From IMG/VR virus record IMGVR_UViG_3300037140_000076, positions 48,375-112,374 of that record: DNA of 64,000 nucleotides, one strand, 5' to 3'. Numbering within the stretch: the stretch's first letter is position 1; every line of letters starts with the position of its first letter. This document shows positions 59,846 to 64,000 of this stretch, piece after piece. Source of the DNA: a virus. The notes beneath the pieces are model-generated. The model was not told where the DNA came from. It saw only the letters and a list, made by a program, of their open reading frames with translations, and searched no databases. The position numbers and the translations under genes are program-made.

Positions 59846-60796
59846 ATGGGAGTTATTAATCCAGAAAACACGCTTCAGTTTAGATCCACTGCACAACTGT
59901 TCAGCAGGGTTAAAGATAAGCTGAAGTCATTTGATTCTCAAAACATGATTGATGAAGGAACCTTCTTTGATCATGTTGCTTATATATTGGGTCAATTGGG
60001 TGCTGCTGTTTATAAGGAATGTGAAGCTGTTATTGAGGTTAGAGATCACAGAGCGGCATTACCTTGTAATTTTAAATTGTGGTATGCAGCATACAAATGT
60101 CATCGTGGTCATGAGGGACAAGGTGCTCCAGATATAAATGAACAAAACAATTTTGGTCAACCTTTTATATTTATACAGCAGATAGAAGAATCTGTTATTT
60201 GTCCTGAAAATTGTTGTATAAGCTGCGATAGAGGTAATGAAAAATCAAGAATAGTTGTAAGAAACTTTGTAAACGGACATAGATTTGAAAATCATTTTCA
60301 TGAACCTATGCCTCTTATTCTTAGTCCAAACGTAAAAGATAAATGTGCTCCTGAGTGTATGAAAGTTGTTCATGCTGGATGGAATGAGGTTACAATAGCT
60401 GATGGATTTATAAGAACGAAGTTTGACAAAGATTGTATTTATATGCAATACTTCGGTATACCGATTGATAAGGATTATCTTCCTATGATCCCAGATGAAG
60501 AAAGTATTGAAAAAGCAATCGAATATTATATTTACAAAATGCTTTTTGAAGAGTGGTATTTAAATTCAGCCGTTCAGAATATTGTTCAACAACTACAATA
60601 CGCTTCTGCTGAATATGATAAATATCTTACCCAGGCAAGATATTGGTGTAGACTTCCATCATTCCAGAAATGTTTACAGATGGTTAGAATTCAGAGACAG
60701 AATAACAAATTTTATCAATTCAATGTTGATAAAACAGTAGTAGGTTCAAATTATTTTGGATGGGGTGGTGAGCATGGAGGTTATCGTAGATTTTAA
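59846..60796 (+). CDS. tail tubular/ring protein
   Basis: IRT.F....YMQY.GIP.D...LPMIPD..SIEKAIEYYI. Confidence 0.65.
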   Translation: MGVINPENTLQFRSTAQLFSRVKDKLKSFDSQNMIDEGTFFDHVAYILGQLGAAVYKECEAVIEVRDHRAALPCNFKLWYAAYKCHRGHEGQGAPDINEQNNFGQPFIFIQQIEESVICPENCCISCDRGNEKSRIVVRNFVNGHRFENHFHEPMPLILSPNVKDKCAPECMKVVHAGWNEVTIADGFIRTKFDKDCIYMQYFGIPIDKDYLPMIPDEESIEKAIEYYIYKMLFEEWYLNSAVQNIVQQLQYASAEYDKYLTQARYWCRLPSFQKCLQMVRIQRQNNKFYQFNVDKTVVGSNYFGWGGEHGGYRRF

Positions 60797-60807
60797 AATA
60801 ACAATTA

Positions 60808-63800
60808 GTGGCAAATCGTTCTAAAAGTATATCACAGACAATAAAGGGTATGATCTGGGACCTGCATCCAATGCACTTCTCAGACGGCATGTATGCTTTT
60901 GCTCAGAATGCTGTTGTAGAGGGTATTGATGGTAATGGTTTTCCGGTTTTGCAGAACGAACCAAGTAATACGCTTGGTGTCAATTTTCCTTCCGGCTCTA
61001 CTGTAGTAGGGTTTACTGTTGTTCCCGAACAAAGTCGTATTATTTGGATGTTAGCCTTTCCTGAAACAGGAATGTCTGAAATAGGAGAAACCCTAAATCC
61101 TGATATTTGTCGTCAGTTTGCTAAGAACGCCCTGGGAAGCTGTGATGATTGCTCTTTGAATTTATTGGAAACAACTCCTTTGGAAAGCGGTCCACAAACC
61201 CCTTGTGCTAATTATACTACAATACAACCAGACGCATGTCTTAATTTTACTACTGCATTTCCTGTAACATCCAGTACATATAGGTTAACAGACTGTACTT
61301 TACAATTGGTGTTTACTGATGCTAATAATGCAAGAAGATATTTGGAATTTAATTACGTAAATGATGATCCTACGCAAGGATTGGTTATAAGAAACATTTT
61401 TTATCAAATAATTGGTTTTGCAAACCCTCCTTGTGATAATCCTATATATGGTCCTAATTTAGATTGTAATGCTTTAAACATACAGCCTAATTTTGAAACA
61501 CCTTGTATTCAGTTTGACGGTTTAACGGGGGGAGGATCTAACCTGGCCGGGGTATATCAGTTCTTTATTGCAATGTCTGATATTAACGGAGTTACCCTTT
61601 CTTCTTATTTATCGGCTACAAACCCAATACCTATTTTTACTAAGGCGGTTACTGTTGCTACAAATTATCCTACAGACCGGTCAATAAAGTTGACGATTGA
61701 GAATTTGGACCCAACTGGAGCATTTCAATATTATACTCTTGCTGTTGCAAAAACTATTGATGGAGTAACTTCATTCTTTTTAGTGGGGAACTTCCCTGTT
61801 ACTCAAACACTATATACCTACACAGGAAACAACCCATCTGAAATACCTTTAACAGCAGAGGTTATTTTTGCTTTATACCCATATTATGAAACTGCTGGAA
61901 CAGTAGGGCAATCAAATGGTATATTGTTTTTTGGAAATGTTAAAGAATATCCTAGACCAAATCTTCAAAGGGTTGCAAATGAAATTATCCTTCAATGGCA
62001 AACAATTGCCATACCTGAAGAAGTTTATTATGACCCAAACAACGTTGTAGAGTTTAGGAGTGCCATGAGAGATGAGGTTTACCCTTATGGTATTCAATTT
62101 ATCTGGGCGTGGGGTGATGAATCAAACGCATATCATATACCGGGTCGTGTAGCAATAGCTTCTGATTTGGAAATAATAACTAATGATGACGTTGTATCCC
62201 CAGATAATTGTTCAGGAACCCCTTTAGATCAAAGATGGCAGGTATATAATACGGCTACTATTTTAGGTGGAGATCTTTCTATTTATAATGGTTGTATAGA
62301 ATCTTGTTATCAATATGGAGATTTCTCTTATTGGGAATCAACCGAAACTTATCCAAACCTTCCTTTAATTTGGGGAGAACTTTGTGGTTTCCCTATTCGT
62401 CATCATAAATTTCCTGATTCATTAGTTACCCATATTCATAATCGTCAGAACGGGACTGTTGATGCATCTGGGGCAACTTTTCATCAGAATAATATTGTAT
62501 ATCCTATTGGGGTTAAGGTAGATCATGATAGTGTTAGAGCGGCAATAGCAAACGCGGTTACCCTGGGGTTAATAACGGCTACTGATGCTGCAAATATAGT
62601 CGGTTACAGAATTTTGAGGGGGAACAGGGTTGGTAATAAATCGGTAATTGCAAAAGGTTTACTATATGATGTTAACCAATATCAAAGAGTTGATATGGGG
62701 AATGGTAATAATTCTGTTGTTGACCTGGAACCTATTTTCTTTGCTAATTATCCATATAATGATTTAAGGTCAAATCCTTTTTTGACAAATAACTTTGAGA
62801 ACTATGCGTTAAATAATATACCAGAGGGTCCTGATTTACCTTTTACCTTTTCTAATAGATACACCTTCCATTCCCCTGACACTCATTTTAATCAACCTGG
62901 GCTTGGTACAGAGTTAAAATTGGAGACTGTAGAATACGGACAGTCACAAGGATTTTATAATAAATGTCAAAAACAACCTAAAGAAAAATTATTATCTGAG
63001 TTTTCTTATGGTCTTGCTTTTACTGGCGGTACCGCTCTTGCGATAGCGAAATTGGCTCCTCCAAGAACCTCTTCATATACGGTAAAAGGAACTATTGAAA
63101 CAACAGGTACTATACCAGAGATGCAATTTGCAGATGGTACTTCTTCTACCACCCTTCCATCAACTCCGGCAGATTATGATTTAATGGCAAAACATTTACC
63201 TCTTGCTGATGATACAATTTTGGATAGAGGGTTTGGTACTAAAACATATGATCCGTTAATTGCCGATGAGTATACTATTGTAAATACACCTTCTGCTGTG
63301 TTTCAAAATCTTAGCCCAACTGCGGCAGATGCTATTGGACAGGGTTCAGATAACCCTGATATGGCTGCTCTTGGGGTATTTGCTTCTGCACTGGGTATTA
63401 TAGGTTTATTAGGAGGATTAGTATTTATACTTAGTCAGATATTATCTGAAATGACTGTGATACTTGATCTTATAGATGCTCTTGTTCCTTATAAAGATTG
63501 GGCGATTCAATATAATTCGATTGGAAAATATAATGAATATACAACAGTCGCAAACGATAATGGAGTTAAAAGAAGAGTTATTTCAGCTTGGGATTATTTA
63601 GATGATACAAATCAATTTGTAAATGAACCAGTAGATCCAATAACAGGATTATTTGATGCTATTAAATTTAATAACCTATATAGAGAAGACTCTGTTTATT
63701 TAAAATACGCAGGAGACGCTTTTCCAGATGCGGGAACATCTTCTGGAATTGTAGATACAAGTAGGACGAGATTATCTGATTTCCCTTTTAATTGTACACT

Positions 63801-64000
63801 AAATGTTCCAAAGTATGAACCAATTTCTTCTTATTATGCGTCTATTAAAAATTATATTCCCGATCAATATGGGACGATTTATAATATTCAATATTTAAGA
63901 ACAGGTTCTTGTGCGTTCGATATGAATGTTCCGAATAGTTTATGTCGCGGAGTGTATGGTGGGGATACTTTTATAAGTAGATTTGCGCTTAAAATAAAAG
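60808..64000 (+). CDS. tail stabilisation / muzzle protein, runs off the window
   Basis: Manual translation from GTG 60808: KGMIWD..P...YAFAQNA...LQNEPSN; RDEVYPYGI; IRHHKFPD; GGDTFISRF in the same frame at the window end. Confidence 0.8.
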   Translation, partial: MANRSKSISQTIKGMIWDLHPMHFSDGMYAFAQNAVVEGIDGNGFPVLQNEPSNTLGVNFPSGSTVVGFTVVPEQSRIIWMLAFPETGMSEIGETLNPDICRQFAKNALGSCDDCSLNLLETTPLESGPQTPCANYTTIQPDACLNFTTAFPVTSSTYRLTDCTLQLVFTDANNARRYLEFNYVNDDPTQGLVIRNIFYQIIGFANPPCDNPIYGPNLDCNALNIQPNFETPCIQFDGLTGGGSNLAGVYQFFIAMSDINGVTLSSYLSATNPIPIFTKAVTVATNYPTDRSIKLTIENLDPTGAFQYYTLAVAKTIDGVTSFFLVGNFPVTQTLYTYTGNNPSEIPLTAEVIFALYPYYETAGTVGQSNGILFFGNVKEYPRPNLQRVANEIILQWQTIAIPEEVYYDPNNVVEFRSAMRDEVYPYGIQFIWAWGDESNAYHIPGRVAIASDLEIITNDDVVSPDNCSGTPLDQRWQVYNTATILGGDLSIYNGCIESCYQYGDFSYWESTETYPNLPLIWGELCGFPIRHHKFPDSLVTHIHNRQNGTVDASGATFHQNNIVYPIGVKVDHDSVRAAIANAVTLGLITATDAANIVGYRILRGNRVGNKSVIAKGLLYDVNQYQRVDMGNGNNSVVDLEPIFFANYPYNDLRSNPFLTNNFENYALNNIPEGPDLPFTFSNRYTFHSPDTHFNQPGLGTELKLETVEYGQSQGFYNKCQKQPKEKLLSEFSYGLAFTGGTALAIAKLAPPRTSSYTVKGTIETTGTIPEMQFADGTSSTTLPSTPADYDLMAKHLPLADDTILDRGFGTKTYDPLIADEYTIVNTPSAVFQNLSPTAADAIGQGSDNPDMAALGVFASALGIIGLLGGLVFILSQILSEMTVILDLIDALVPYKDWAIQYNSIGKYNEYTTVANDNGVKRRVISAWDYLDDTNQFVNEPVDPITGLFDAIKFNNLYREDSVYLKYAGDAFPDAGTSSGIVDTSRTRLSDFPFNCTLNVPKYEPISSYYASIKNYIPDQYGTIYNIQYLRTGSCAFDMNVPNSLCRGVYGGDTFISRFALKIK

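Noticed and set aside
1-64000. Stop-codon reassignment as in some crAss-like phages
   Set aside because: Core genes are full length in the standard code, TAG and TGA are used as stops, and no CTA/TCA suppressor tRNA was seen.

Overview
This window is part of a lytic Bacteroidota phage genome with a Crassvirales-like (crAss-like) gene set, in the standard genetic code. The left arm (minus strand, 1-21.5 kb) carries replication and recombination genes (AAA ATPase, DnaB, SF2 helicase, family-B polymerase, NinB-like, DUF932), a tmRNA with a small ncRNA cluster, and many small early or envelope genes. The 21.5-23.7 kb divergence region holds a probable ~800-nt structured ncRNA and eight copies of a 17-bp repeat. 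The right arm (plus strand) carries about 25 tRNAs, a glycosylation/hydroxylation module, HNH endonucleases and the virion module (terminase, portal, scaffold, MCP, ring, fibre and muzzle proteins). Main finding: 24 of the tRNAs sit in three arrays, and each array is preceded by an unannotated leader-peptide ORF plus a terminator/antiterminator. A run of 12-13 consecutive leader codons closely matches the tRNAs downstream (array 1: M,I,V,D,N,R-AGA,A,G,E; array 2: S,Y,L; array 3: T,R-CGA,F,W,H,Q,P). This looks like a ribosome-stalling attenuation system that turns on phage tRNA sets when the matching host tRNAs are depleted or cleaved. All calls were made by eye; no searches or folding programs were run.
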